Of a DNA stretch of 64,000 bases, positions 38,401-51,600 are shown in pieces. The position numbers were made by a program, and so were the translations under genes. The notes below the pieces were generated by a model, which ran no database searches, was not told where the DNA came from, and saw only the letters and a program-made list of their open reading frames with translations. How positions within the stretch are numbered: position 1 is the stretch's first letter; every line of letters starts with the position of its first letter. This stretch comes from the human T2T-CHM13v2.0 reference genome, Homo sapiens. Where the stretch lies: assembly GCF_009914755.1 (NCBI RefSeq), contig NC_060926.1. One strand, given 5' to 3'.

Positions 38401-41400
38401 CATATAAACTCTAGACAGAAGAATTCTCAGAAGCTTCATTGGGATGTTTCAATTGAAGTCACAGTGTTGAACAGTCCCTTTCATAGAGCAGGTTTGAAAC
38501 ACTCTTTTTGTAGTATCTGGATGTGGACATTTGGAGCGCTTTCAGGCCTATGGTTTAAAAGGAAATATCTTCCCCTGAAAACTAGACAGAAGCATTCTCA
38601 GAAACTTATTTGTGATGTGCGCCCTCAACTAACAGTGTTGAAGCATTCCTTTGATAGAGCAGTTTTGAAACACTCTTTTTGTGGAATCTGCAAGTGGATA
38701 TTTGTCTAGCTTTGAGGATTTCGTTGGAGACGGGATTACATATAAAAAGCAGACAGCAGCATTCCCAGAAACTTCTTTGTGATGTTTGCATTCAAGTCAC
38801 AGAGTTGAACATTCCCTTTCATAGAGCAGGTTTGAAACACTCTTTTTGTAGTATCTGGATGTGGACATTTGCAGCGCTTTCAGGCCTAAGGTGAAAAAGG
38901 AAATATCTTCCCCTGAAAACTAGACAGAAGCATTCTCAGAAACTTATTTGTGATGTGCGCCCTCAACTAACAGTGTTGAAGCTTTCTTTTGATAGAGCAG
39001 TTTTGAAACACTCTTTTTGTAATATCTGCAAGAGGATATTTGGATAGCTTTCAGGATTTCGTTGGAAACGGGATTGTCTTCATATAAACTCTAGACAGAA
39101 GCATTCTCAGAAGCTTCATTGGGATGTTTCAATTGAAGTCACAGTGTTGAACATTTCCTTTCATAGAACAGGTTTGAAACACTCTTTTTGTAGTATCTGG
39201 AAGTGGACATTTGGAGCGCTCTCAGGACTATGGTGAAAAAGGAAATATCTTCCAATAAAAGCTACATAGAAGCAATGTCAGAAACTTTTTCATGATGTAT
39301 CTACTCAGCTAACACAGTTGAACCTTTCCTTTGAGAGAGCAGTTTTGAAACACTCTTTTTGTGGAATCTGCAAGTGGATATTTGTCTAGCTTTGAGGATT
39401 TCGTTGGAAACGGGATTACATATAAAAAGCAGACAGCAGCATTCCCAGTAACTTCTTTGTGATGTTTGCATTCAAGTCACAGAGTTGAACATTCCCTTTC
39501 ATAGAGCAGGTTTGAAACACTCTTTTTGTAGTATCTGGATGTGGACATTTGGAGCGCTTTCAGGCCTATGGTGAAAAAGGAAATATCTTCCCCTGAAAAC
39601 TAGACAGAAGCATTCTCAGAATCTTATTTGTGATGTGCGCCCTCAACTAACAGTGTTGAAGCTTTCTTTTGATAGAGCAGTTTTGAAACACACTTTTTGT
39701 AAAATCTGCAAGAGGATATTTGGATAGCTTTGAGGATTTCGTTGGAAACGGGATTGTCTTCATATAAACTCTAGACAGAAGCATTCTCAGAAGCTTCATT
39801 GGGATGTTTCAATTGAAGTCACAGTGTTGAACAGTCCCTTTCATAGAGCAGGTTTGAAACACTCTTTTTGTAGTATCTGGATGTGGACATTTGGAGCGCT
39901 TTCAGGCCTATGGTTTAAAAGGAAATATCTTCCCCTGAAAACTAGACAGAAGCATTCTCAGAAACTTATTTGTGCTGTGCGCCCTCAACTAACAGTGTTG
40001 AAGCATTCTTTTGATAGAGCAGTTTTGAAACCCTCTTTTTGTGGAATCTGCAATTGGATATTTGTCTAGCTTTGAGGATTTCGTTGGAAACGGGATTACA
40101 TATAAAAAGCAGACAGCAGCATTCCCAGAAACTTCTTTGTGATGTTTGCATTCAAGTCACAGAGTTGAACATTCCCTTTCATAGAGCAGGTTTGAAACAC
40201 TCTTTTTGTAGTATCTGGATGTGGACATTTGGAGCGCTTTCAGGCCTATGGTGAAAAAGGAAATATCTTCCCCTGAAAACTAGACAGAAGCATTCTCAGA
40301 AACTTATTTGTGATGTGCGCCCTCAACTAACAGTGTTGAAGCTTTCTTTTGATAGAGCAGTTTTGAAACACTCTTTTTGTAATATCTGCAAGAGGATATT
40401 TGGATAGCTTTGAGGATTTCGTTGGAAACGGGATTGTCTTCATATAAACTCTAGACAGAAGCATTCTCAGAAGCTTCATTGGGATGTTTCAATTGAAGTC
40501 ACAGTGTTGAACAGTCCCTTTCATAGAGCAGGTTTGAAACACTCTTTTTGTAGTATCTGGAAGTGGACATTTGGAGAGATCTCAGGAATACGGTGATAAA
40601 GGAAATATCTTCCAATAAAAGCTAGATAGAAGCAATGTCAGAAACTTTTTCATGATGTATCTACTCAGCTAACAGAGTTGAACCTTTCTTTTGAGAGAGC
40701 AGTTTTGAAACACTCTTTTTGTGGAATCTGCAAGTGGATATTTGTCTAGCTTTGAGGATTTCGTTGGAAACGGGATTACATATAAAAAGCAGACAGCAGC
40801 ATTCCCAGAAACTTCTTTGTGATGTTTGCATTCAAGTCACAGAGTTGAACATTCCCTTTCATATAGCAGGTTTGAAACACTCTTTTTGTAGTATCTGGAT
40901 GTGGACATTTGGAGCGCTTTCAGGCCTATGGTGAAAAAGGAAATATCTTCCCCTGAAAACTAGACAGAAGCATTCTCAGAATCTTATTTGTGATGTGCGC
41001 CCTCAACTAACAGTGTTGAAGCTTTCTTTTGATAGAGCAGTTTTGAAACACTCTTTTTGTAAAATCTGCAAGAGGATATTTGGATAGCTTTGAGGATTTC
41101 GTTGGAAACGGGATTGTCTTCATATAAACTCTAGACAGAAGCATTCTCAGAAGCTTCATTGGGATGTTTCAGTTGAAGTCACAGTGTTGAACATTCCCTT
41201 TCATAGAGCAGGTTTGAAACACTCTTTTTGTAGTATCTGGAAGTGGACATTTGGAGCGCTCTCAGGACTGCGGTGAAAAAGGAAATATCTTCCAATAAAA
41301 GCTAGATAGAAGCAATGTCAGAAACTTTTTCATGATGTATCTACTCAGCTAACAGAGTTGAACCTTCCTTTGAGAGAGCAGTTTTGAAACACTCTTTTTG

Positions 41401-44369
41401 TGGAATCTGCAAGTGGATATTTGTCTAGCTTTGAGGATTTCGTTGGAAACGGGATTACATATAAAAAGCAGACAGCAGCATTCCCAGAATCTTGTTTGTG
41501 ATGTTTGCATTCAAGTCACAGAGTTGAACATTCCCTTTCAGAGAGCAGGTTTGAAACACTCTTTTTATAGTATCTGGATGTGGACATTTGGAGCGCTTTC
41601 AGGCCTATGGTGAAAAAGGAAATATCTTCTCCTGAAAACTAGACAGAAGCATTCTCAGAATCTTATTTGTGATGTGCGCCCTCAACTAACAGTGTTGAAG
41701 CTTTCTTTTGATAGAGCAGTTTTGAAACACACTTTTCGTAAAATCTGCAAGAGGATATTTTGATAGCTTTGAGGATTTCGTTGGAAACGGGATTGTCTTC
41801 ATATAAACTCTAGACAGAAGCATTCTCAGAAGCTTCATTGGGATGTTTCAATTGAAGTCACAGTGTTGAACAGTCCCTTTCATAGAGCAGGTTTGAAACA
41901 CTCTTTTTGTAGTATCTGGAAGTGGACATTTGGAGAGATCTCAGGAATACGGTGATAAAGGAAATATCTTCCAATAAAAGCTAGATAGAAGCAATGTCAG
42001 AAACTTTTTCATGATGTATCTACTCAGCTAACAGAGTTGAACCTTTCTTTTGAGAGAGCAGTTTTGAAACACTCTTTTTGTGGAATCTGCAAGTGGATAT
42101 TTGTCTAGCTTTGAGGATTTCGTTGGAAACGGGATTACATATAAAAAGCAGACAGCAGCATTCCCAGTAACTTCTTTGTGATGTTTGCATTCAAGTCACA
42201 GAGTTGAACATTCCCTTTCATACAGCAGGTTTGAAACACTCTTTTTGTAGTATCTGGATGTGGACATTTGGAGCGCTTTCAGGCCTATGGTGAAAAAGGA
42301 AATATCTTCTCCTGAAAACTAGACAGAAGCATTCTCAGAATCTTATTTGTGATGTGCGCCCTCAACTAACAGTGTTGAAGCTTTCTTTTGATAGAGCAGT
42401 TTTGAAACACTCTTTTTGTAATATCTGCAAGAGGATATTTGGATAGCTTTGAGGATTTCGTTGGAAACGGGATTGTCTTCATATAAACTCTAGACAGAAG
42501 CATTCTCAGAAGCTTCATTGGGATGTTTCAATTGAAGTCACAGTGTTGAACAGTCCCTTTCATAGAGCAGGTTTGAAACACTCTTTTTGTAGTATCTGGA
42601 AGTGGACATTTGGAGAGATCTCAGGAATACGGTGATAAAGGAAATATCTTCCAATAAAAGCTAGATAGAAGCAATGTCAGAAACTTTTTCATGATGTATC
42701 TACTCAGCTAACAGAGTTGAACCTTTCTTTTGTGATAGCAGTTTTGAAACACTCTTTTTGTGGAATCTGCAAGTGGATATTTGTCTAGCTTTGAGGATTT
42801 CGTTGGAAACGGGATTACATATAAAAAGCAGACAGCAGCATTCCCAGTAACTTCTTTGTGATGTTTGCATTCAAGTCACAGAGTTGAACATTCCCTTTCA
42901 TACAGCAGGTTTGAAACACTCTTTTTGTACTATCTGGATGTGGACATTTGGAGCGCTTTCAGGCCTATGGTGAAAAAGGAAATATCTTCCCCTGAAAACT
43001 AGACAGAAGAATTCTCAGAATCTTATTTGTGATGTGCGCCCTCAACTAACAGTCTTGAAGCTTTCTTTTGATAGAGCAGTTTTGAAACACTCTTTTTGTA
43101 AAATCTGCAAGAGGATATTTGGATAGCTTTGAGGATTTCGTTGGAAACGGGATTGTCTTCATATAAACTCTAGACAGAAGCATTCTCAGAAGTTTCATTG
43201 GGATGTTTCAATTGAAGTCACAGTGTTGAACAGTCCCTTTCATAGAGCAGGTTTGAAACACAATTTTTGTAGTATCTGGAAGTGGACATTTGGAGAGATC
43301 TCAGGAATACGGTGATAAAGGAAATATCTTCCAATAAACGCTACATAGAAGCAATGTCAGAAACTTTTTCATGATGTATCTACTCAGCTAACAGAGTTGA
43401 ACCTTTCTTTTGAGAGAGCAGTTTTGAAACACTCTTTTTGTGGAATCTGCAAGTGGATATTTGTCTAGCTTTGAGGATTTCGTTGGAAACGGGATTACAT
43501 ATAAAAAGCAGACAGCAGCATTCCCAGAAACTTCTTTGTGATGTTTGCATTCAAGTCACAGAGTTGAACATTCCCTTTCATAGAGCAGGTTTGAAACACT
43601 CTTTTTGTAGTATCTGGATGTGGACATTTGCAGCGCTTTCAGGCCTAAGGTGAAAAAGGAAATATCTTCCCCTGAAAACTAGACAGAAGCATTCTCAGAA
43701 ACTTATTTGTGATGTGCGCCCTCAACTAACAGTGTTGAAGCTTTCTTTTGATAGAGCAGTTTTGAAACACTCTTTTTGTAATATCTGCAAGAGGATATTT
43801 GGATAGCTTTGAGGATTTCGTTGGAAACGGGATTGTCTTCATATAAACTCTAGACAGAAGCATTCTCAGAAGCTTCATTGGGATGTTTCAATTGAAGTCA
43901 CAGTATTGAACAGTTCCTTTCATAGAGCAGGTTTGAAACACTCTTTTTGTAGTATCTGGAAGTGGACATTTGGAGAGATCTCAGGAATACGGTGATAAAG
44001 GAAATATCTTCCAATAAAAGCTAGATAGAAGCAATGTCAGAAACTTTTTCATGATGTATCTACTCAGCTAACAGAGTTGAACCTTTCTTTTGAGAGAGCA
44101 GTTTTGAAACACTCTTTTTGTGGAATCTGCAAGTGGATATTTGTCTAGCTTTGAGGATTTCGTTGGAAACGGGATTACATATAAAAAGCAGACAGCAGCA
44201 TTCCCAGTAACTTCTTTGTGATGTTTGCATTCAAGTCACAGAGTTGAACATTCCCTTTCATACAGCAGGTTTGAAACACTCTTTTTGTAGTATCTGGATG
44301 TGGACATTTGGAGCGCTTTCAGGCCTATGGTGAAAAAGGAAATATCTTCCCCTGAAAACTAGACAGAAG

Positions 44370-44536
44370 AATTCTCAGAATCTTATTTGTGATGTGCGCC
44401 CTCAACTAACAGTCTTGAAGCTTTCTTTTGATAGAGCAGTTTTGAAACACTCTTTTTGTAAAATCTGCAAGAGGATATTTGTCTAGCTTTGAGGATTTCG
44501 TTGGAAACGGGATTACATATAAAAAGCAGACAGCAG
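44370..44536 (+). repeat. C/A hybrid monomer, junction type III (single copy)
   Basis: AAAATCTGCAAGAGG (C) is joined to ATATTTGTCTAGC (A); the junction is confined to the shared GGATATTTG. Confidence 0.88.
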
Positions 44537-47500
44537 CATTCCCAGAAACTTCTTTGTGATGTTTGCATTCAAGTCACAGAGTTGAACATTCCCTTTCATA
44601 GAGCAGGTTTGAAACACTCTTTTTGTAGTATCTGGATGTGGACATTTGCAGCGCTTTCAGGCCTAAGGTGAAAAAGGAAATATCTTCCCCTGAAAACTAG
44701 ACAGAAGCATTCTCAGAAACTTATTTGTGATGTGCGCCCTCAACTAACAGTGTTGAAGCTTTCTTTTGATAGAGCAGTTTTGAAACACTCTTTTTGTAAT
44801 ATCTGCAAGAGGATATTTGGATAGCTTTCAGGATTTCGTTGGAAACGGGATTGTCTTCATATAAACTCTAGACAGAAGCATTCTCAGAAGCTTCATTGGG
44901 ATGTTTCAATTGAAGTCACAGTGTTGAACATTTCCTTTCATAGAACAGGTTTGAAACACTCTTTTTGTAGTATCTGGAAGTGGACATTTGGAGCGCTCTC
45001 AGGACTATGGTGAAAAAGGAAATATCTTCCAATAAAAGCTACATAGAAGCAATGTCAGAAACTTTTTCATGATGTATCTACTCAGCTAACAGAGTTGAAC
45101 CTTTCCTTTGAGAGAGCAGTTTTGAAACACTCTTTTTGTGGAATCTGCAAGTGGATATTTGTCTAGCTTTGAGGATTTCGTTGGAAACGGGATTACATAT
45201 AAAAAGCAGACAGCAGCATTCCCAGTAACTTCTTTGTGATGTTTGCATTCAAGTCACAGAGTTGAACATTCCCTTTCATAGAGCAGGTTTGAAACACTCT
45301 TTTTGTAGTATCTGGATGTGGACATTTGGAGCGCTTTCAGGCCTATGGTGAAAAAGGAAATATCTTCCCCTGAAAACTAGACAGAAGCATTCTCAGAATC
45401 TTATTTGTGATGTGCGCCCTCAACTAACAGTGTTGAAGCTTTCTTTTGATAGAGCAGTTTTGAAACACACTTTTTGTAAAATCTGCAAGAGGATATTTGG
45501 ATAGCTTTGAGGATTTCGTTGGAAACGGGATTGTCTTCATATAAACTCTAGACAGAAGCATTCTCAGAAGCTTCATTGGGATGTTTCAATTGAAGTCACA
45601 GTGTTGAACAGTCCCTTTCATAGAGCAGGTTTGAAACACTCTTTTTGTAGTATCTGGATGTGGACATTTGGAGCGCTTTCAGGCCTATGGTTTAAAAGGA
45701 AATATCTTCCCCTGAAAACTAGACAGAAGCATTCTCAGAAACTTATTTGTGATGTGCGCCCTCAACTAACAGTGTTGAAGCATTCTTTTGATAGAGCAGT
45801 TTTGAAACACTCTTTTTGTGGAATCTGCAAGTGGATATTTGTCTAGCTTTGAGGATTTCGTTGGAAACGGGATTACATATAAAAAGCAGACAGCAGCATT
45901 CCCAGAAACTTCTTTGTGATGTTTGCATTCAAGTCACAGAGTTGAACATTCCCTTTCATAGAGCAGGTTTGAAACACTCTTTTTGTAGTATCTGGATGTG
46001 GACATTTGGAGCGCTTTCAGGCCTATGGTGAAAAAGGAAATATCTTCCCCTGAAAACTAGACAGAAGCATTCTCAGAAACTTATTTGTGATGTGCGCCCT
46101 CAACTAACAGTGTTGAACCTTTCTTTTGATAGAGCAGTTTTGAAACACTCTTTTTGTAATATCTGCAAGAGGATATTTGGATAGCTTTGAGGATTTCGTT
46201 GGAAACGGGATTGTCTTCATATAAACTCTAGACAGAAGCATTCTCAGAAGCTTCATTGGGATGTTTCAATTGAAGTCACAGTGTTGAACAGTCCCTTTCA
46301 TAGAACAGGTTTGAAACACTCTTTTTGTAGTATCTGGAAGTGGACATTTGGAGCGCTCTCAGGACTACGGTGATAAAGGAAATATCTTCCAATAAAACCT
46401 ACATAGAAGCAATGTCAGAAACTTTTTCATGATGTATCTACTCAGCTAACAGAGTTGAACCTTTCTTTTGAGAGAGCAGTTTTGAAACACACTTTTTGTG
46501 GAATCTGCAAGTGGATATTTGTCTAGCTTTGAGGATTTCGTTGGAAACGGGATTACATATAAAAAGCAGACAGCAGCATTCCCAGAAACTTCTTTGTGAT
46601 GTTTGCATTCAAGTCACAGAGTTGAACATTCCCTTTCATAGAGCAGGTTTGAAACACTCTTTTTGTAGTATCTGGATGTGGACATTTGGAGCGCTTTCAG
46701 GCCTATGGTGAAAAAGGAAATATCTTCCCCTGAAAACTAGACAGAAGCATTCTCAGAATCTTATTTGTGATGTGCGCCCTCAACTAACAGTGTTGAAGCA
46801 TTCTTTTGATAGAGCAGTTTTGAAACACTCTTTTTGTAAAATCTGCAAGAGGATATTTGGATAGCTTTGAGGATTTCGTTGGAAACGGGATTGTCTTCAT
46901 ATAAACTCTAGACAGAAGCATTCTCAGAAACTTCATTGGGATGTTTCAATTGAAGTCACAGTGTTGAACAGTCCCTTTCATAGAGCAGGTTTGAAACACT
47001 CTTTTTGTAGTATCTGGAAGTGGACATTTGGAGCGCTCTCAGGACTGCGGTGAAAAAGGAAATATCTTCCAATAAGAGCTAGATAGAAGCAATGTCAGAA
47101 ACTTTTTCATGATGTATCTACTCAGCTAACAGAGTTGAACCTTCATTTGAGAGAGCAGTTTTGAAACACTCGTTTTGTGGAATCTGCAAGTGGATATTTG
47201 TCTAGCTTTGAGGATTTCGTTGGAAACGGGATTACATATAAAAAGCAGACAGCAGCATTCCCAGAAACTTCTTTGTGATGTTTGCATTCAAGTCACAGAG
47301 TTGAACATTCCCTTTCATAGAGCAGGTTTGAAACACTCTTTTTGTAGTATCTGGATGTGGACATTTTGAGCGCTTTGAGGCCTACGGTGAAAAAGGAAAT
47401 CTCTTCCCCTGAAAACTAGACAGAAGAATTCTCAGAATCTTATTTGTGATGTGTGCCCTCAACTAACAGTGTTGAAGCTTTCTTTTGATAGAGCAGTTTT

Positions 47501-47597
47501 GAAACACTCTTTTTGTTAAATCTGCAAGAGGATATTTGGATACCTTTGAGGATTTCGTTGGAAACGGGATTGTCTTCATATAAACTCTAGACAGAAG

Positions 47598-47939
47598 CAT
47601 TCTCAGAAGCTTCATTGGGATGTTTCAATTGAAGTCACAGTGTTGAACAGTCCCTTTCATAGAGCAGGTTTGAAACACTCTTTTTGTAGTATCTGGATGT
47701 GGACATTTGCAGCGCTTTCAGGCCTAAGGTGAAAAAGGAAATATCTTCCCCTGAAAACTAGACAGAAGCATTCTCAGAAACTTATTTGTGATGTGCGCCC
47801 TCAACTAACAGTGTTGAAGCTGTCTTTTGATAGAGCAGTTTTGAAACACTCTTTTTGTAATATCTGCAAGAGGATATTTGGATAGCTTTGAGGATTTCGT
47901 TGGAAACGGGATTGTCTTCATATAAACTCTAGACAGAAG
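47598..47939 (+). repeat. Extra D/B + C dimer (342 bp), giving a 1022-bp 6-mer unit
   Basis: Order is A B C [D/B 47598-47768][C 47769-47939] D. Two XbaI-bearing C tails lie 342 bp apart. Confidence 0.9.
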
Positions 47940-48899
47940 CATTCTCAGAAGCTTCATTGGGATGTTTCAATTGAAGTCACAGTGTTGAACAGTTCCTTTC
48001 ATAGAACAGGTTTGAAACACTCTTTTTGTAGTATCTGGAAGTGGACATTTGGAGCGCTCTCAGGACTATGGTGAAAAAGGAAATATCTTCCAATAAAAGC
48101 TACATAGAAGCAATGTCAGAAACTTTTTCATGATGTATCTACTCAGCTAACAGAGTTGAACCTTTCCTTTGAGAGAGCAGTTTTGAAACACTCTTTTTGT
48201 GGAATCTGCAAGTGGATATTTGCTTAGCTTTGAGGATTTCGTTGGAAATGGGATTACATATAAAAAGCAGACAGCAGCATTCCCAGTAACTTCTTTGTGA
48301 TGTTTGCATTCAAGTCACAGAGTTGAACATTCCCTTTCATAGAGCAGGTTTGAAACACTCTTTTTGTAGTATCTGGATGTGGACATTTGGAGCGCTTTCA
48401 GGCCTATGGTGAAAAAGGAAATATCTTCCCCTGAAAACTAGACAGAAGCATTCTCAGAATCTTATTTGTGATGTGCGCCCTCAACTAACAGTGTTGAAGC
48501 TTTCTTTTGATAGAGCAGTTTTGAAACACTCTTTTTGTAAAATCTGCAAGAGGATATTTGGATAGCTTTGAGGATTTCGTTGGAAACGGGATTGTCTTCA
48601 TATAAACTCTAGACAGAAGCATTCTCAGAAGCTTCATTGGGATGTTTCAATTGAAGTCACAGTGTTGAACAGTCCCTTTCATAGAGCAGGTTTGAAACAC
48701 TCTTTTTGTAGTATCTGGATGTGGACATTTGGAGCGCTTTCAGGCCTATGGTTTAAAAGGAAATATCTTCCCCTGAAAACTAGACAGAAGCATTCTCAGA
48801 AACTTATTTGTGATGTGCGCCCTCAACTAACAGTGTTGAAGCATTCTTTTGATAGAGCAGTTTTGAAACACTCTTTTTGTGGAATCTGCAAGTGGATAT

Positions 48900-51600
48900 T
48901 TGTCTAGCTTTGAGGATTTCGTTGGAAACGGGATTACATATAAAAAGCAGACAGCAGCATTCCCAGAAACTTCTTTGTGATGTTTGCATTCAAGTCACAG
49001 AGTTGAACATTCCCTTTCATAGAGCAGGTTTGAAACACTCTTTTTGTAGTATCTGGATGTGGACATTTGGAGCGCTTTCAGGCCTATGGTGAAAAAGGAA
49101 ATATCTTCCCCTGAAAACTAGACAGAAGCATTCTCAGAAACTTATTTGTGATGTGCGCCCTCAGCTAACAGTGTTGAAGCTTTCTTTTGATAGAGCAGTT
49201 TTGAAACACTCTTTTTGTAATATCTGCAAGAGGATATTTGGATAGCTTTGAGGATTTCGTTGGAAACGGGATTGTCTTCATATAAACTCTAGACAGAAGC
49301 ATTCTCAGAAGCTTCATTGGGATGTTTCAATTGAAGTCACAGTGTTGAACAGTCCCTTTCATAGAGCAGGTTTGAAACACTCTTTTTGTAGTATCTGGAA
49401 GTGGACATTTGGAGAGATCTCAGGACTACGGTGAAAAAGGAAATATCTTCCAATAAAAGCTAGATAGAAGCAATGTCAGAAACTTTTTCATGATGTATCT
49501 ACTCAGCTAACAGAGTTGAACCTTTCTTTTGAGAGAGCAGTTTTGAAACACTCTTTTTGTGGAATCTGCAAGTGGATATTTGTCTAGCTTTGAGGATTTC
49601 GTTGGAAACGGGATTACATATAAAAAGCAGACAGCAGCATTCCCAGAAACTTCTTTGTGATGTTTGCATTCAAGTCACAGAGTTGAACATTCCCTTTCAT
49701 AGAGCAGGTTTGAAACACTCTTTTTGTAGTATCTGGATGTGGACATTTAGAGCGCTTTCAGGCCTATGGTGAAAAAGGAAATATCTTCCCCTGAAAACTA
49801 GACAGAAGCATTCTCAGAAACTTATTTGTGATGTGCTCCCTCAACTAACAGTGTTGAACCTTTCTTTTGATAGAGCAGTTTTGAAACACTCTTTTTGTAA
49901 TATCTGCAAGAGGATATTTGGATAGCTTTGAGGATTTCGTTGGAAACGGGATTGTCTTCATATAAACTCTAGACAGAAGCATTCTCAGAAGCTTCATTGG
50001 GATGTTTCAATTGAAGTCACAGTGTTGTACAGTCCCTTTCATAGAGCAGGTTTGAAACACTCTTTTTGTAGTATCTGGAAGTGGACATTTGGAGCGCTCT
50101 CAGGACTACGGTGATAAAGGAAATATCTTCCAATAAAAGCTAGATAGAAGCAATGTCAGAAACTTTTTCATGATGTATCTACTCAGCTAACAGAGTTGAA
50201 CCTTTCTTTTGAGAGAGCAGTTTTGAAACACTCTTTTTGTGGAATCTGCAAGTGGATATTTGTCTAGCTTTGAGGATTTCGTTGGAAACGGGATTACATA
50301 TAAAAAGCAGACAGCAGCATTCCCAGAAACTTCTTTGTGATGTTTGCATTCAAGTCACAGAGTTGAACATTCCCTTTCATAGAGCAGGTTTGAAACACTC
50401 TTTTTGTAGTATCTGGATGTGGACATTTGGAGCGCTTTCAGGCCTATGGTGAAAAAGGAAATATCTTCCCCTGAAAACTAGACAGAAGCATTCTCAGAAA
50501 CTTATTTGTGATGTGCGCCCTCAGCTAACAGTGTTGAAGCTTTCTTTTGATAGAGCAGTTTTGAAACACTCTTTTTGTAATATCTGCAAGAGGATATTTG
50601 GATAGCTTTGAGGATTTCGTTGGAAACGGGATTGTCTTCATATAAACTCTAGACAGAAGCATTCTCAGAAGCTTCATTGGGATGTTTCAATTGAAGTCAC
50701 AGTGTTGAACAGTCCCTTTCATAGAGCAGGTTTGAAACACTCTTTTTGTAGTATCTGGAAGTGGACATTTGGAGAGATCTCAGGACTACGGTGAAAAAGG
50801 AAATATCTTCCAATAAAAGCTAGATAGAAGCAATGTCAGAAACTTTTTCATGATGTATCTACTCAGCTAACAGAGTTGAACCTTTCTTTTGAGAGAGCAG
50901 TTTTGAAACACTCTTTTTGTGGAATCTGCAAGTGGATATTTGTCTAGCTTTGAGGATTTCGTTGGAAACGGGATTACATATAAAAAGCAGACAGCAGCAT
51001 TCCCAGAAACTTCTTTGTGATGTTTGCATTCAAGTCACAGAGTTGAACATTCCCTTTCATAGAGCAGGTTTGAAACACTCTTTTTGTAGTATCTGGATGG
51101 GGACATTTAGAGCGCTTTCAGGCCTATGGTGAAAAAGGAAATATCTTCCCCTGAAAACTAGACAGAAGCATTCTCAGAAACTTATTTGTGATGTGCTCCC
51201 TCAACTAACAGTGTTGAACCTTTCTTTTGATAGAGCAGTTTTGAAACACTCTTTTTGTAATATCTGCAAGAGGATGTTTGGATACCTTTGAGGATTTCGT
51301 TGGAAACGGGATTGTCTTCATATAAACTCTAGACAGAAGCATTCTCAGAAGCTTCATTGGGATGTTTCAATTGAAGTCACAGTGTTGTACAGTCCCTTTC
51401 ATAGAGCAGGTTTGAAACACTCTTTTTGTAGTATCTGGAAGTGGACATTTGGAGCGCTCTCAGGACTACGGTGATAAAGGAAATATCTTCCAATAAAAGC
51501 TAGATAGAAGCAATGTCAGAAACTTTTTCATGATGTATCTACTCAGCTAACAGAGTTGAACCTTTCTTTTGAGAGAGCAGTTTTGAAACACTCTTTTTGT
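48900..51600 (+). repeat. Recent tandem duplication of 2 HORs (1360 bp)
   Basis: Private variants at exact offset 1360: TCAGCTAACA (49161/50521), GGACATTTAG (49741/51101), ATGTGCTCCC (49831/51191), AGTGTTGTAC (50021/51381). Confidence 0.92.
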
